From Gammaproteobacteria bacterium (GTDB lineage: Bacteria > Pseudomonadota > Gammaproteobacteria > Ga0077536), in assembly GCA_963662545.2 (NCBI GenBank), contig CAXXLL010000002.1:832001-896000 (forward strand): a stretch of DNA of 64,000 nt, read 5' to 3'. The notes beneath the pieces were generated by a model. The model was given only the letters and a program-made list of their open reading frames with translations. It was not told where the DNA came from and searched no databases. Shown one piece after another: positions 9,094 to 18,637 of the stretch. The first letter of the stretch is position 1. Every line of letters begins with the position of its first letter. Made by a program: the position numbers and the translations under genes.

Positions 9094-10254
9094 ATGGGTT
9101 CTAGCAAAGTCTGGTTATTTGGGTTCCCAATAGCAGCCTTGTCGCTCTTGATCGGGGCGTTCCTGCTGATTGACCCGGTCCTCCGAATTGGGACCGGGCC
9201 GCCTCCGGCCGAAACTTTCACGGTCGAACGCTTGCGGGTGACCGAGCACGGTTTCGCCGCCAAGATCCGTGGTGACAGCCCGGAACCCATGGTTCTTGCC
9301 CAGGTCATGGTCGACGGTGCCTATTGGGTTTTCACCCAGGATCCTCCAGGACCTTTAGCGCGCATGGAGACGGCGTGGGTCGTGATCAATTTTCCGTGGA
9401 TTGCCGACGAAGTCCACCATCTACGTTTTATTACCGCTACCGGCGCAACCTTCGAGTACACGGTCGACGTCGCCTTGAAAACGCCCCGCCCGTCATGGTC
9501 CCTGCTCGTCGATTATGCGCTGCTGGGGATTTTTGTAGGATTGGTTCCGGTGGCCTTTGGGATGCTTTTTTTCCCGGCAATAAGGTCCCTGCGGCCAGAG
9601 GGCTTGGAGTTTGTTCTCGCACTGACCGTTGGGCTTCTTGCTTACCTGTTCGTCGACATGATTTTGGAAGGCTTGGAATTGGCCGAGAACGCCAGCCCAT
9701 TATTCGGTGGTCCGACATTGGTTTTGATTCCCATGGTCTTGACACTGGTCGCTCTTTTAGCCGTCGGCAACAGGTCGCGCGGACAGCATGATGGACGCCA
9801 GGTCGCAGGGTTTATGGCCTTAGGAATCGGACTCCACAACTTCGGTGAAGGGCTCGCCATCGGGGCATCGTTCGCCGCCAACGAAATCGCGATGGGGGCG
9901 TACCTCGTCGTCGGTTTTGCGCTTCACAATACGACTGAAGGGGTCGGGGTGGTATCACCTTTGGTGAAGGAGCGTGTCGCGTTTCCGCTGTTTGCCGGTC
10001 TCGCTTTGCTGGCGGGTCTTCCGACAGTGCCGGGCATCTGGATCGGTGCGTTTGCTTTTTCACCCCACTGGGCCGCGGTGTTTTTTGGAGTAGGCGCGGG
10101 CGCCGTTCTGCAAGTGATGGTCGAAATCGATCGTTTTCTCAATTCACACGTCCGGGTAGGCGACGCTAGGCCGCGCTTTTCCCGTACGTCCGTGGCCGGT
10201 TACTTCACCGGTGTTGCCATTATGTATGGGACTTCTTTACTGGTAGTGATCTGA
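9094..10254 (+). CDS. ZIP-family divalent metal transporter with N-terminal extracytoplasmic extension
   Basis: GLHNFGEGLAIG and LHNTTEG motifs and several hydrophobic helices. A ~100-aa soluble segment follows the first TM helix. Confidence 0.85.
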   Translation: MGSSKVWLFGFPIAALSLLIGAFLLIDPVLRIGTGPPPAETFTVERLRVTEHGFAAKIRGDSPEPMVLAQVMVDGAYWVFTQDPPGPLARMETAWVVINFPWIADEVHHLRFITATGATFEYTVDVALKTPRPSWSLLVDYALLGIFVGLVPVAFGMLFFPAIRSLRPEGLEFVLALTVGLLAYLFVDMILEGLELAENASPLFGGPTLVLIPMVLTLVALLAVGNRSRGQHDGRQVAGFMALGIGLHNFGEGLAIGASFAANEIAMGAYLVVGFALHNTTEGVGVVSPLVKERVAFPLFAGLALLAGLPTVPGIWIGAFAFSPHWAAVFFGVGAGAVLQVMVEIDRFLNSHVRVGDARPRFSRTSVAGYFTGVAIMYGTSLLVVI

Positions 10255-10328
10255 CGACGGGCGTGAGAAGGCAGACGCGTTAAAAGCGTTCGGCGCTGGC
10301 TGGCTTCAGACCCGTGACGATTTCGAAA

Positions 10329-11690
10329 TCACGATTCGGCGACCACTGCGTCCAGCGCGCGTTCGAGCCGGTCGCATATCTCGTCGACTTCCGATCCTTC
10401 GATGATCAAAGGCGGCGCGATGACGATATTGCGGCCGGTTTGACGGACCACGACGCCGGCCGCCAGCAGGTGCCGGAACACGCTCTGGCACACCGCTTCG
10501 CCGTCGTCGTTCAGCGGGCGGTCGTCGGCATCGCGGCGTAGAAAATCGACCGCGCCGGCAAGTCCGACATGCCGTACGTCGCCGACCAGTGGATGATCGC
10601 GCAGCCGTTCGAGCCGGGCGGAGAGGCGCTCGCCCATGCGCCGGGCATTCTGCACCAGGCCATCGCGCTCGATGATCTCGATGGTCTTCAGCGCCGCTGC
10701 CGCGCCGACCGGGTGGGCGGCGTAGGTTGCCGCATGGGCCAGCGTGCCGACGGCGTCGGATCCGCGCTCGAGGTCTGAGTACAGATCGGGCCCCAGCGCG
10801 AGTGCCGAAAGCGGAAAGTAGCCGCCGGTAATCGCCTTGGCCATCGTCATGTGATCGGGTTGGAGATCGAAGCTTGTGCTACCGAACATCGAACCCGTGC
10901 GCCCGAAGCCCGTGATGACTTCGTCGACGACAAAACACACCCCGCGTTCGTCCAAAACCCGTTTGATCGCGGCAAAATAATTCGCCGGTGGCACCATCAG
11001 CCCCGCCGAAAAGCTCACTGGCTCGGCGAACATCGCCGCCACCGAACCGGTCGGCTCGGCGTCGATCAGTGTCGCAAGCTCGGCGGCCAGGCGCGCGGCG
11101 TACGCCTCGGACGTTTCCCCCGGCTCCCGCGCGCCGTGATAATCCGGTTGTGCAACGTGCCGGAAACCCGGCAGCGGCAGACCGAATTCCTCATGATGAC
11201 CGCCGGTCAGGCTTGCCGCACCGAGCGTACCGCCGGCGTAACTGTCGCGGCGGCCGATGATCGTACGTCGTTCGGGTTCACCGCGCGTGACCGCCTGGAA
11301 ATGCAGCAGCTTGATCATGAAATCGTTCGCTTCCGAGCCCGTGGCCGCAAACATGATGTGCGTGTCCGGCATCGGTACGATCGCGGTCAGCCGCTCCGCC
11401 AGGTCGAGCGACGCCTTGCTGGTGCGTTTGAGCGCGGACACATAAAAGGGCAGTTCGCGATATTGTGCGTAAATGGCGTCGATCAACTCCTCGTTCTGGT
11501 AGCCGAGGGCGGCGACATAAAATGAGGACGTGGCCTCGATGTATTCGCGCCCGTCGGTATCGTAGACGTAGATGCCTTTGCCACGATCGATGAAACAGGT
11601 TTCCTGCGCTGTGTTCTCGGCGACACGCTGGAAACCGAGAATGAGCGGCAGGCGTTCGTCTTCGTTCAGCAGGGTATCGGCTGTTGCCAT
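10329..11690 (-). CDS. Class III (omega) aminotransferase, PLP-dependent
   Basis: TGSEAND, FAEPV, DEVITGFGRTG and MAKAITGGYFP (PLP lysine). Confidence 0.9.
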   Translation of the reverse strand: MATADTLLNEDERLPLILGFQRVAENTAQETCFIDRGKGIYVYDTDGREYIEATSSFYVAALGYQNEELIDAIYAQYRELPFYVSALKRTSKASLDLAERLTAIVPMPDTHIMFAATGSEANDFMIKLLHFQAVTRGEPERRTIIGRRDSYAGGTLGAASLTGGHHEEFGLPLPGFRHVAQPDYHGAREPGETSEAYAARLAAELATLIDAEPTGSVAAMFAEPVSFSAGLMVPPANYFAAIKRVLDERGVCFVVDEVITGFGRTGSMFGSTSFDLQPDHMTMAKAITGGYFPLSALALGPDLYSDLERGSDAVGTLAHAATYAAHPVGAAAALKTIEIIERDGLVQNARRMGERLSARLERLRDHPLVGDVRHVGLAGAVDFLRRDADDRPLNDDGEAVCQSVFRHLLAAGVVVRQTGRNIVIAPPLIIEGSEVDEICDRLERALDAVVAES

Positions 11691-11733
11691 GTGGGTACTC
11701 CTTATGCCGTGCGGCGCAAGCTAGCCGCACGAT

Positions 11734-14091
11734 TCAATTCGAGGGCGCCGCGCCGATCGGCGTAACCAGGGTAAGGTTTTCCGGCGGCAGACAATGGCGA
11801 TCGTTGCAGGCTTGCAGGGTCAGTCGTGTTCGGATTGGTGAACGCGACTTTTTGCTACCGCGTGCTTTAACGCGGGCACTGATCTCGAATTCGCCTTCGT
11901 ACAAGGCGAGGCGTTCATCGCGAAAGCCGAGTTGTTTGAGTTGCGCTTGCGGATAGCGGATGTCGTCGAGAACGTAAGCATTCGACGATTCCACCTGTGC
12001 CAGCTCGGTGCCAATCAGGTCTTCCTGCAACGGGCGCCGGGCGTTGAGATGGTAACCCTCGCTGAGCGCGATGGTCACGCGCAGGCGACCGTCGCTGATC
12101 GTACTCTGAACATGCGCGGCCCCGAACGCGGCGAATTGACTCGGACCCGGCCCGCCGCGGCGCATCGTCATGACGGCGCGCAGCATGCCGGTATAGTGGG
12201 ACGGCTCGCGTTCGATGTGGGCGGCGAAAGCGGTAATGAGTTCGAGGGCGTGCTGCCGATACGCCGGATCACGCGCACGCCGCACGAGTTTGGCTTGCAC
12301 GGCGAGTGCCAGCGCATTGCCGGACGGGACCGCGCCGTCGCTCGCGGATTTCGGGCGCGCCATCTGCAGCGGATCGGGCTTATGCATGAAATAACCGCCT
12401 GCTTCACTATCCAGGAAGCGTACGTCTAACGCGGCGACAAGCATACGGGCCCGTGTGAGCCACGTTTCGACGCCCGTCAGATCGTGCATCGCGATGCACG
12501 CTTCGGCGAGCGCGGCATAATCGTCAAGCGCCCCGTCGACCGAGGGTTTACCGTAGAGGCTGGTGCGCCAAAGCTGGCCATTGCCGTGTTGGTGGCGCCG
12601 CCACAGAAAATCGATAGCGCCCTGAGCCAGGCGTGCTGCTCGGGCCGAGCTTGTCGCATCATCAAACACACGCGCGGCTTCGGCCAGCGCAGTCACCATC
12701 AACGCATTCCAGGCCGTGACGATTTTTTCGTCACGGAGTGGCGCGACGCGGCGGTTGCGCGCCGCGAGAAGGCCTGCGCGAATGGTTTCCAGATTGCTTG
12801 GCGACTCAGCGCGCCGGCCGGCCGTATAAAGCACATTTCGACCGTCGAAATTTCCCTGATCGGAGATGTTGAAGTGCGCGATGCCGCGCCGGGCGAGGAC
12901 TGGGGGGAGTACTGCGCGAACCTCAGCGGGCGTCCAGCTATAATAATAACCTTCGCCTTCCTCGCTATCGGCGTCCAGTGCGGAATAAAAGCCGCCTTCC
13001 GGCGCGGCTAAGTCGCGCTCGACGAAGTCGATGATTCCTGTGGCGACGCGGGCGTAGCGGGTTTCGCCCGTCAGTAGGTACGCCCGTAGATAGACGCGCA
13101 GCAACTGCGCCTGGTTGTAGAGCATTTTCTCGAAATGGGGTATGCGCCAGTTGGCGTCCGTGGCATAACGATGAAATCCGCCGCCGACGTGGTCGTGAAT
13201 ACCTCCCGCGGCCATGGCATCAAGGTCGAAGCGGATCCAGGCGATAAGATCCGCGTCGCCGCTGTCCAGCGCCCGGTCGAGCAACAACAGGTGGTTCGAT
13301 TCTTGTGGAAATTTGGGCGCATCGCCACTGCCGCCGTTGACGCGGTCGCGCATTTGAGCCAGCGTCGAAATCGCGCGCTCGATCACGGCATCGTCAATCG
13401 CCGCGCTGCCCCGTTCGGATCGTAGCGCGCGCTGCACGACGAGCGCGATCTCATCGGCTTGTCGCACGATATCGTCGCGGCTTTGCTCCCAGGACGCATG
13501 AACCTCTTGCAGTAGCTGCAGAAACGTGTCGCGCGGAAAGTACGTACCACCCCAGAACGTCTTGCCGACCGGCGTCAGAAAGCTCGACATCGGCCAGCCG
13601 CCCTGCCCGGTAAAGAGCACGACTGCCGTCATGTAGGTCGTGTCGACGTCGGGACGGCGTTCGCGATCGACCTTGATGGCGATGAAATGCTCGTTCAGCA
13701 TCCGCGCTACAGCCGGATCATCGAAGCTCTCACGTTCCATCACGTGGCACCAGTGACAGGTGGAATAACCGATCGACAGAAACACCGGTTTGTCCTCACG
13801 ATGCGCGGCGGCGAATGCGGCTTCGCTCCATGGATACCAGTTGACCGGATTGTGCGCGTGCTGCAGGAGATAAGGCGAATCTTCAAGGATCAGCCGATTG
13901 AGGTAGCGCGGTCTGCCATCGGCGTCGACATGCTCAGTACGCACCGCATAGGTGCCGCGCCGCTCGTCGCGGGCGGCGAGCAGGCGCGTTTCGATCTCCC
14001 GAGCGAGCGTCGCGCCGGGTAAAGAATCCGCCGCAGCTTGCACCAGGGGCAGCAGGCACGAGAGAGCGATCAAACTGCGCCCCAGGTTCAT
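11734..14091 (-). CDS. Exported thioredoxin-domain protein (YyaL/SPATA20, DUF255) with C-terminal DsbD-N-like domain
   Basis: Signal peptide, [43 protein letters not shown] and C-terminal [11 protein letters not shown]. Confidence 0.85.
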   Translation of the reverse strand: MNLGRSLIALSCLLPLVQAAADSLPGATLAREIETRLLAARDERRGTYAVRTEHVDADGRPRYLNRLILEDSPYLLQHAHNPVNWYPWSEAAFAAAHREDKPVFLSIGYSTCHWCHVMERESFDDPAVARMLNEHFIAIKVDRERRPDVDTTYMTAVVLFTGQGGWPMSSFLTPVGKTFWGGTYFPRDTFLQLLQEVHASWEQSRDDIVRQADEIALVVQRALRSERGSAAIDDAVIERAISTLAQMRDRVNGGSGDAPKFPQESNHLLLLDRALDSGDADLIAWIRFDLDAMAAGGIHDHVGGGFHRYATDANWRIPHFEKMLYNQAQLLRVYLRAYLLTGETRYARVATGIIDFVERDLAAPEGGFYSALDADSEEGEGYYYSWTPAEVRAVLPPVLARRGIAHFNISDQGNFDGRNVLYTAGRRAESPSNLETIRAGLLAARNRRVAPLRDEKIVTAWNALMVTALAEAARVFDDATSSARAARLAQGAIDFLWRRHQHGNGQLWRTSLYGKPSVDGALDDYAALAEACIAMHDLTGVETWLTRARMLVAALDVRFLDSEAGGYFMHKPDPLQMARPKSASDGAVPSGNALALAVQAKLVRRARDPAYRQHALELITAFAAHIEREPSHYTGMLRAVMTMRRGGPGPSQFAAFGAAHVQSTISDGRLRVTIALSEGYHLNARRPLQEDLIGTELAQVESSNAYVLDDIRYPQAQLKQLGFRDERLALYEGEFEISARVKARGSKKSRSPIRTRLTLQACNDRHCLPPENLTLVTPIGAAPSN

Positions 14092-14235
14092 CGGTTCTCC
14101 TCCTCGCGGCCATCTCCACGGGTACGTGCGTGATGTGTCTGATTGCCGGACATTCGTACGACTATTTCAGGCGGTTTGAATTATTATATGCATTGGGTTT
14201 CAGCGGTGTTGCTGGACATAACGCGAAGCGGAAAC

Positions 14236-15858
14236 ATGCCTATGACGCAAGAGATATCGAAACCAATTCCCATGCGCGAAGTTGACGCTGTTATCGTTGG
14301 AGCGGGGTTCGCGGGCCTTTTTATGCTGCATCGCTTGCGGGGCTTGGGGCTTTCAACGCGGGTCTACGAGGCAGGCAGCGGTATCGGTGGCACGTGGTAC
14401 TGGAATCGCTACCCCGGTGCTCGATGCGACGTAGAAAGCATGGAGTACTCCTATCAGTTCTCCAACGAACTCGAACAGCAATGGGAGTGGACCGAACGTT
14501 ATGCGGGCCAAGCGGAAATACTGAAGTACATCAATCATGTTGCGGACCGATTTAATTTGCATGAAGACATTGAGTTGAACGCGCGCGTGTCATCGGCTGT
14601 TTATGATGAACCTAGCCGACGCTGGGTCGTGACATCCGAAAGTGGCTCGGTCGCCGCCCAGTATTGCATTATGGCGACAGGATGCCTGTCGTCGCCCAAC
14701 AAACCCGACTTTAAAGGGCTGGACAGCTTTGCCGGATCCACCTATCACACGGGTAACTGGCCTCACGATGGGGTTGATTTCAGCGGCAAACGGGTCGGCA
14801 TTATTGGTACGGGTTCGTCGGCAATCCAGTCGATTCCAGTCATCGCGGCGGAAGCCGACCACCTGACCGTATTTCAACGGACACCAAACTACTCCATTCC
14901 CGCGCGGAATGGGACATTGGCCCCGACCGTACAGCAAGAAGTCAAGGCCAACTACAAGCAAATGCGCGAGGAAAACAGCCAGATGCCTTTCGGCTGGGGC
15001 GCGAATCTTGGTCTCCGCGAGGATTCTGCCCTGGACGCGACACCGGAGGAACGTCATTTTGAGTACGAGAAGCGCTGGCAGGCGGGCGGGCTCCCATTCA
15101 TCGGTGCGTTCGGAGATTTACTATACAGTCAGGAAGCAAACGACACGGCGGCGGAGTTTGTCCGCGGAAAAATTCGCGAAATAGTTCGTGATCCGGCCGT
15201 CGCCGAGACACTGTCCCCGGATAATGTCGTGGGTTGTAAGCGCTTATGCGCCGACTCGGGTTACTACGAAACCTTCAATCGCCCGAATGTGACACTGGTT
15301 GATGTCAACAAGACACCGATCGAGGAGATCACGGCCACCGGCTTGAGAACGACGACCGATAACTACCCGGTCGATTGCATCGTTTTTGCCACGGGCTTCG
15401 ATGCCATGACGGGCGCGTTATTCGCGATCGATATACGCGGCAGGGAAAATATTTCACTCGAAGAGAAATGGAGTGCCGGCCCGCGGACCTTCCTCGGACT
15501 TGGAACCGCCGGTTTTCCGAACGTCTTCACTATCACGGGCCCCGGTAGCCCGTCCGTATTAAGCAATATGCTGCCGTCGATAGAGCAACACGTAAATTGG
15601 ATTGCTGATTGCATCACCTATATCGCGGAACACGGGCATCAGAGCATCGAGGTGACCACCGCGGCGGAAGACGCCTGGGTTGATCATGTCAACGAAGTTG
15701 CAGACGGTACACTCTTCCCCTCGTGCAATTCGTGGTACCTGGGTTCGAACGTACCTGGCAAGCCGCGCGTCTTCATGCCCTATCTCGGTTTCCCGCCGTA
15801 TGTAAAGAAGTGCAACGAGATTGCAGCATCCGGTTACAAAGGATTTGAGCTCAAATGA
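14236..15858 (+). CDS. Type I Baeyer-Villiger monooxygenase (PAMO/CHMO-like)
   Basis: GAGFAG, GGTWYWNRYPGARCD, fingerprint FAGSTYHTGNWP, GTGSSA and ATGFDA. Start placed at ATG 14236 (14242 is also possible). Confidence 0.92.
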   Translation: MPMTQEISKPIPMREVDAVIVGAGFAGLFMLHRLRGLGLSTRVYEAGSGIGGTWYWNRYPGARCDVESMEYSYQFSNELEQQWEWTERYAGQAEILKYINHVADRFNLHEDIELNARVSSAVYDEPSRRWVVTSESGSVAAQYCIMATGCLSSPNKPDFKGLDSFAGSTYHTGNWPHDGVDFSGKRVGIIGTGSSAIQSIPVIAAEADHLTVFQRTPNYSIPARNGTLAPTVQQEVKANYKQMREENSQMPFGWGANLGLREDSALDATPEERHFEYEKRWQAGGLPFIGAFGDLLYSQEANDTAAEFVRGKIREIVRDPAVAETLSPDNVVGCKRLCADSGYYETFNRPNVTLVDVNKTPIEEITATGLRTTTDNYPVDCIVFATGFDAMTGALFAIDIRGRENISLEEKWSAGPRTFLGLGTAGFPNVFTITGPGSPSVLSNMLPSIEQHVNWIADCITYIAEHGHQSIEVTTAAEDAWVDHVNEVADGTLFPSCNSWYLGSNVPGKPRVFMPYLGFPPYVKKCNEIAASGYKGFELK

Positions 15859-15867
15859 GCAGGTCGT

Positions 15868-16725
15868 TTAGGAAAAAATAGCTACCGTTCGCGCTTCGAT
15901 GCTTTCCCGCGGGATGAATTCGTCTGGGCATTCCGGGTTATTGAATCCGGTATGTCCGGTAAAGCATGCGCGTCCGTCATTCGCAGAGTCGTAGCATTTC
16001 AATAGCATCACTTCGTCGGGCCGCATATTGGATGCGTAAAACCATTGGTGATCAGGGTTATGCCGAAACGAGTAAATCTGGCCGGTGAGGTGCGGGGTTT
16101 CTAGATCGTCCTCCAAGAAATGTTGGATCTCCGTGGGAATAAAGTCCTCTAGTTTTGCGCTTCGAGCGTCGCAAATAGCGAGCGGGCGATCCTGGACGGG
16201 ACCTACGATGGGGCGCCAGACATTGATCAATGCGGCGCGATGGCCGGCGAGATCCATCGCGTCGTTCTCCTCGATGATCTCACGGACGCGGCGCGGTCCT
16301 GAGCTAACGGTGTAATCATTATGCGCGCCATCGACCGGCTCGCGTACACCCACTTCCTTTCGATCGGAGCGCGGTTGGTTTCGCACATTGTGATCGAAGA
16401 CGATGACCCGATGCGCTCCTGTCGCTGCTCGCAGCAGATCTTCCACTTCCGTATAGTATTCAGCCCGCACGCGATCGGGGTCGTAAAAATCGCTGAAGCC
16501 CGATCGATGTGAAACCAATTCGAAGCCTGCTTCGTCCAAGTTGAGCTGCTCGGCGATCGGACGACAGTCATATATCGGCATCGGGATCCGCTCACGTGGC
16601 GGTCTTTCGATCTCTCTACCGCTAGCCGGCGGAAAGACCCTGACCCTCGCCGGATCGTCCGAGGGCACGGTATACGCCAGCTCGACGACGACATGAGCTA
16701 GTTTTGATTCATTTATTGTTGCCAT
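15868..16725 (-). CDS. CmcJ/NvfI/AsaB-family putative oxidoreductase
   Basis: VFDHNVR, AHNDYT, INVWRPI, PLAICDARS and RESIEAR. Confidence 0.78.
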   Translation of the reverse strand: MATINESKLAHVVVELAYTVPSDDPARVRVFPPASGREIERPPRERIPMPIYDCRPIAEQLNLDEAGFELVSHRSGFSDFYDPDRVRAEYYTEVEDLLRAATGAHRVIVFDHNVRNQPRSDRKEVGVREPVDGAHNDYTVSSGPRRVREIIEENDAMDLAGHRAALINVWRPIVGPVQDRPLAICDARSAKLEDFIPTEIQHFLEDDLETPHLTGQIYSFRHNPDHQWFYASNMRPDEVMLLKCYDSANDGRACFTGHTGFNNPECPDEFIPRESIEARTVAIFS

Positions 16726-16963
16726 TCTTCGACCTCGCAGGGTCCACGGGGGTTTTTGTGACGCCTGACGAGTTTACAAAATTACCCCGCCGGATGTCGC
16801 GAAATCAAAAGCAATAACACGCCGGGGCCGCTTAAATGCTCTTACGGGGGTAGATTTTGCGTGTATCTTGAGCTTTGAGCGGCGTATTGAAAAGCGAAGA
16901 TTGCCCATACCGTTCTGGTTGCTGGGGCGTCCACTGGTATTGCGCAATAACTGACCCTGGCGC

Positions 16964-17575
16964 CTACCAGTTCGTAATGCCTTGTTTGTCTGCCTGTTGT
17001 GTCATCTCGAGAGACCAGCGAATTTCTTCCTCTTTGAAAAAAAAGGCATCCTTTTTGCCCTTGGGTAATCGCGCGCTTTGTTCTTCATAATGCCGCATTG
17101 CTGTCGCGAATAGGGGCGATAGCCGGGTTCTGGACTCAAGTGGCATGTCGAGATAGTCCACGGACATGATGTAGACGTGCTCAAGCAGCGCATTGATGAA
17201 TCGAAGCCGACGCTCCGCGGCCTGTGATGTTGGTGCGCCTTCGACGATCGCCGAAACCCTTTCGACGTAATCGCCGTAGAGCCGCATCGCGAATGACGCA
17301 GCCTCGCTCTCCAGTGCTTTGATCATAGCGCTGGTTTCGGCAAGCTTTTCTCGCGCGAATTCGAGACACAGGGTGATTTCCGCATCGGGTGATGTGGCAA
17401 ATTGTAATTCGGCCCGCTCATCGATCCGGTCGAATAGATAGGCGATCTGATCAGGGGTGACGCCCGGGTCCGGCAGCCATTCAACGTCGGCGAACGAATT
17501 CATCAGGCCGTGCCCGGCGTGACTGGCGGTTATCGCAAGCGTGCAGACGACACACGCCAGGAGCCGGGCCTTCAC
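16964..17575 (-). CDS. Exported helical hypothetical protein (DUF5667-like)
   Basis: Signal peptide ending ASHA and an LPDPGVTPD...YLFDRIDE...FAREKLAE pattern. Overlaps the upstream gene by 4 nt. Confidence 0.6.
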   Translation of the reverse strand: MKARLLACVVCTLAITASHAGHGLMNSFADVEWLPDPGVTPDQIAYLFDRIDERAELQFATSPDAEITLCLEFAREKLAETSAMIKALESEAASFAMRLYGDYVERVSAIVEGAPTSQAAERRLRFINALLEHVYIMSVDYLDMPLESRTRLSPLFATAMRHYEEQSARLPKGKKDAFFFKEEEIRWSLEMTQQADKQGITNW

Positions 17576-18549
17576 GACGAATCCTCCGGTACTTTCCGAT
17601 CAAATGGCGAGTGCACGCTTGTGTCCGTACCGTCGGCGAAAGGCGTTACGTCGACTGTAAACGGGAACACGCGCGTTTCACCGCCAGGCGCCAGCTGAAG
17701 AAACACGTGATATCTGCCGGGCTCCGGGAAGACGTAGCGAATCGGGAGTGTCGGACCCGGAAACACCAGTTCCGATTCCATGCACATTAATTGCACCATC
17801 ATTTGCGCAATCTGTCCGCCGCGCGTTTGCGGATCTGCATAGCGATCGTGTGCCATTTGAATGATGGCGGCCACTCGGGGCGTGTAACTGTGCAAGTGGC
17901 CGAAATACCTGCCATCTTCGCGCCAAACGGCTCCATGCAACTCTGAACCAAGATACAAGGTGAGATCGGTAACGGGTTCACCCGCGCGTTCGAGCGTCAG
18001 AATCAGATTGGTTTCATAGCCGGCTACGGGAATCTCGGGCGATGTCTGCAAAGTGGCGGCGTACGCACCTGAATGGCTTATCCCCGCTAGAGCCGCGGTC
18101 TTGTGTATAGTCGTCGCGGCGCCGATCTCAATGTCGAAATGTTTCGTCCAACTGCGATTCTGGTGCGCGAACTCGCTGACGATCCGATAATGGCCTGCCT
18201 TGGGAAACCGATAAGGGAAACGCAGACTTGCTTCAGCCAGATCTCCGTCGGTGACGGTATTGAAATCTTCATGGTGAATATGCGCAAAACTCGAAAAATC
18301 CAGATTGACGATGAAATTGTGGATGAGGCGCTCATGCGCCACTTGGAGATCCTGCACAGGCTTGCCGCTCCGCGTGTAGGTGAGTTGCCAAATCAGCAGG
18401 GTTTCCTGCCCGGGGCTGGGATCGGGTGGGTCTAGGGATAAGGTCAGGCGGTACGGGCCGCCGGGCCGGCCCTCGAGTGGGCTTTCCCGGTGCTCCGCAC
18501 ACCCCGCAAGCGCGAGCAGCGCGGCGATAAAGGCGATCAGGAAACGCAT
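17572..18549 (-). CDS. His-rich putative metal-binding lipoprotein
   Basis: Lipobox LAGC and two repeated modules: HERLIH...FAHIHHED...FPKAGHYR and YLGSELHG...FGHLHSY...FPEPGRYH. Confidence 0.68.
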   Translation of the reverse strand: MRFLIAFIAALLALAGCAEHRESPLEGRPGGPYRLTLSLDPPDPSPGQETLLIWQLTYTRSGKPVQDLQVAHERLIHNFIVNLDFSSFAHIHHEDFNTVTDGDLAEASLRFPYRFPKAGHYRIVSEFAHQNRSWTKHFDIEIGAATTIHKTAALAGISHSGAYAATLQTSPEIPVAGYETNLILTLERAGEPVTDLTLYLGSELHGAVWREDGRYFGHLHSYTPRVAAIIQMAHDRYADPQTRGGQIAQMMVQLMCMESELVFPGPTLPIRYVFPEPGRYHVFLQLAPGGETRVFPFTVDVTPFADGTDTSVHSPFDRKVPEDSS

Positions 18550-18637
18550 AAGCGCCATGATGAACCGTGCACCGCGCATGCCACAAGCCGGGCGGGAGGG
18601 GGAGCAGCCCTCGTCGCTGGGAGTCGGTATCGCTCGA

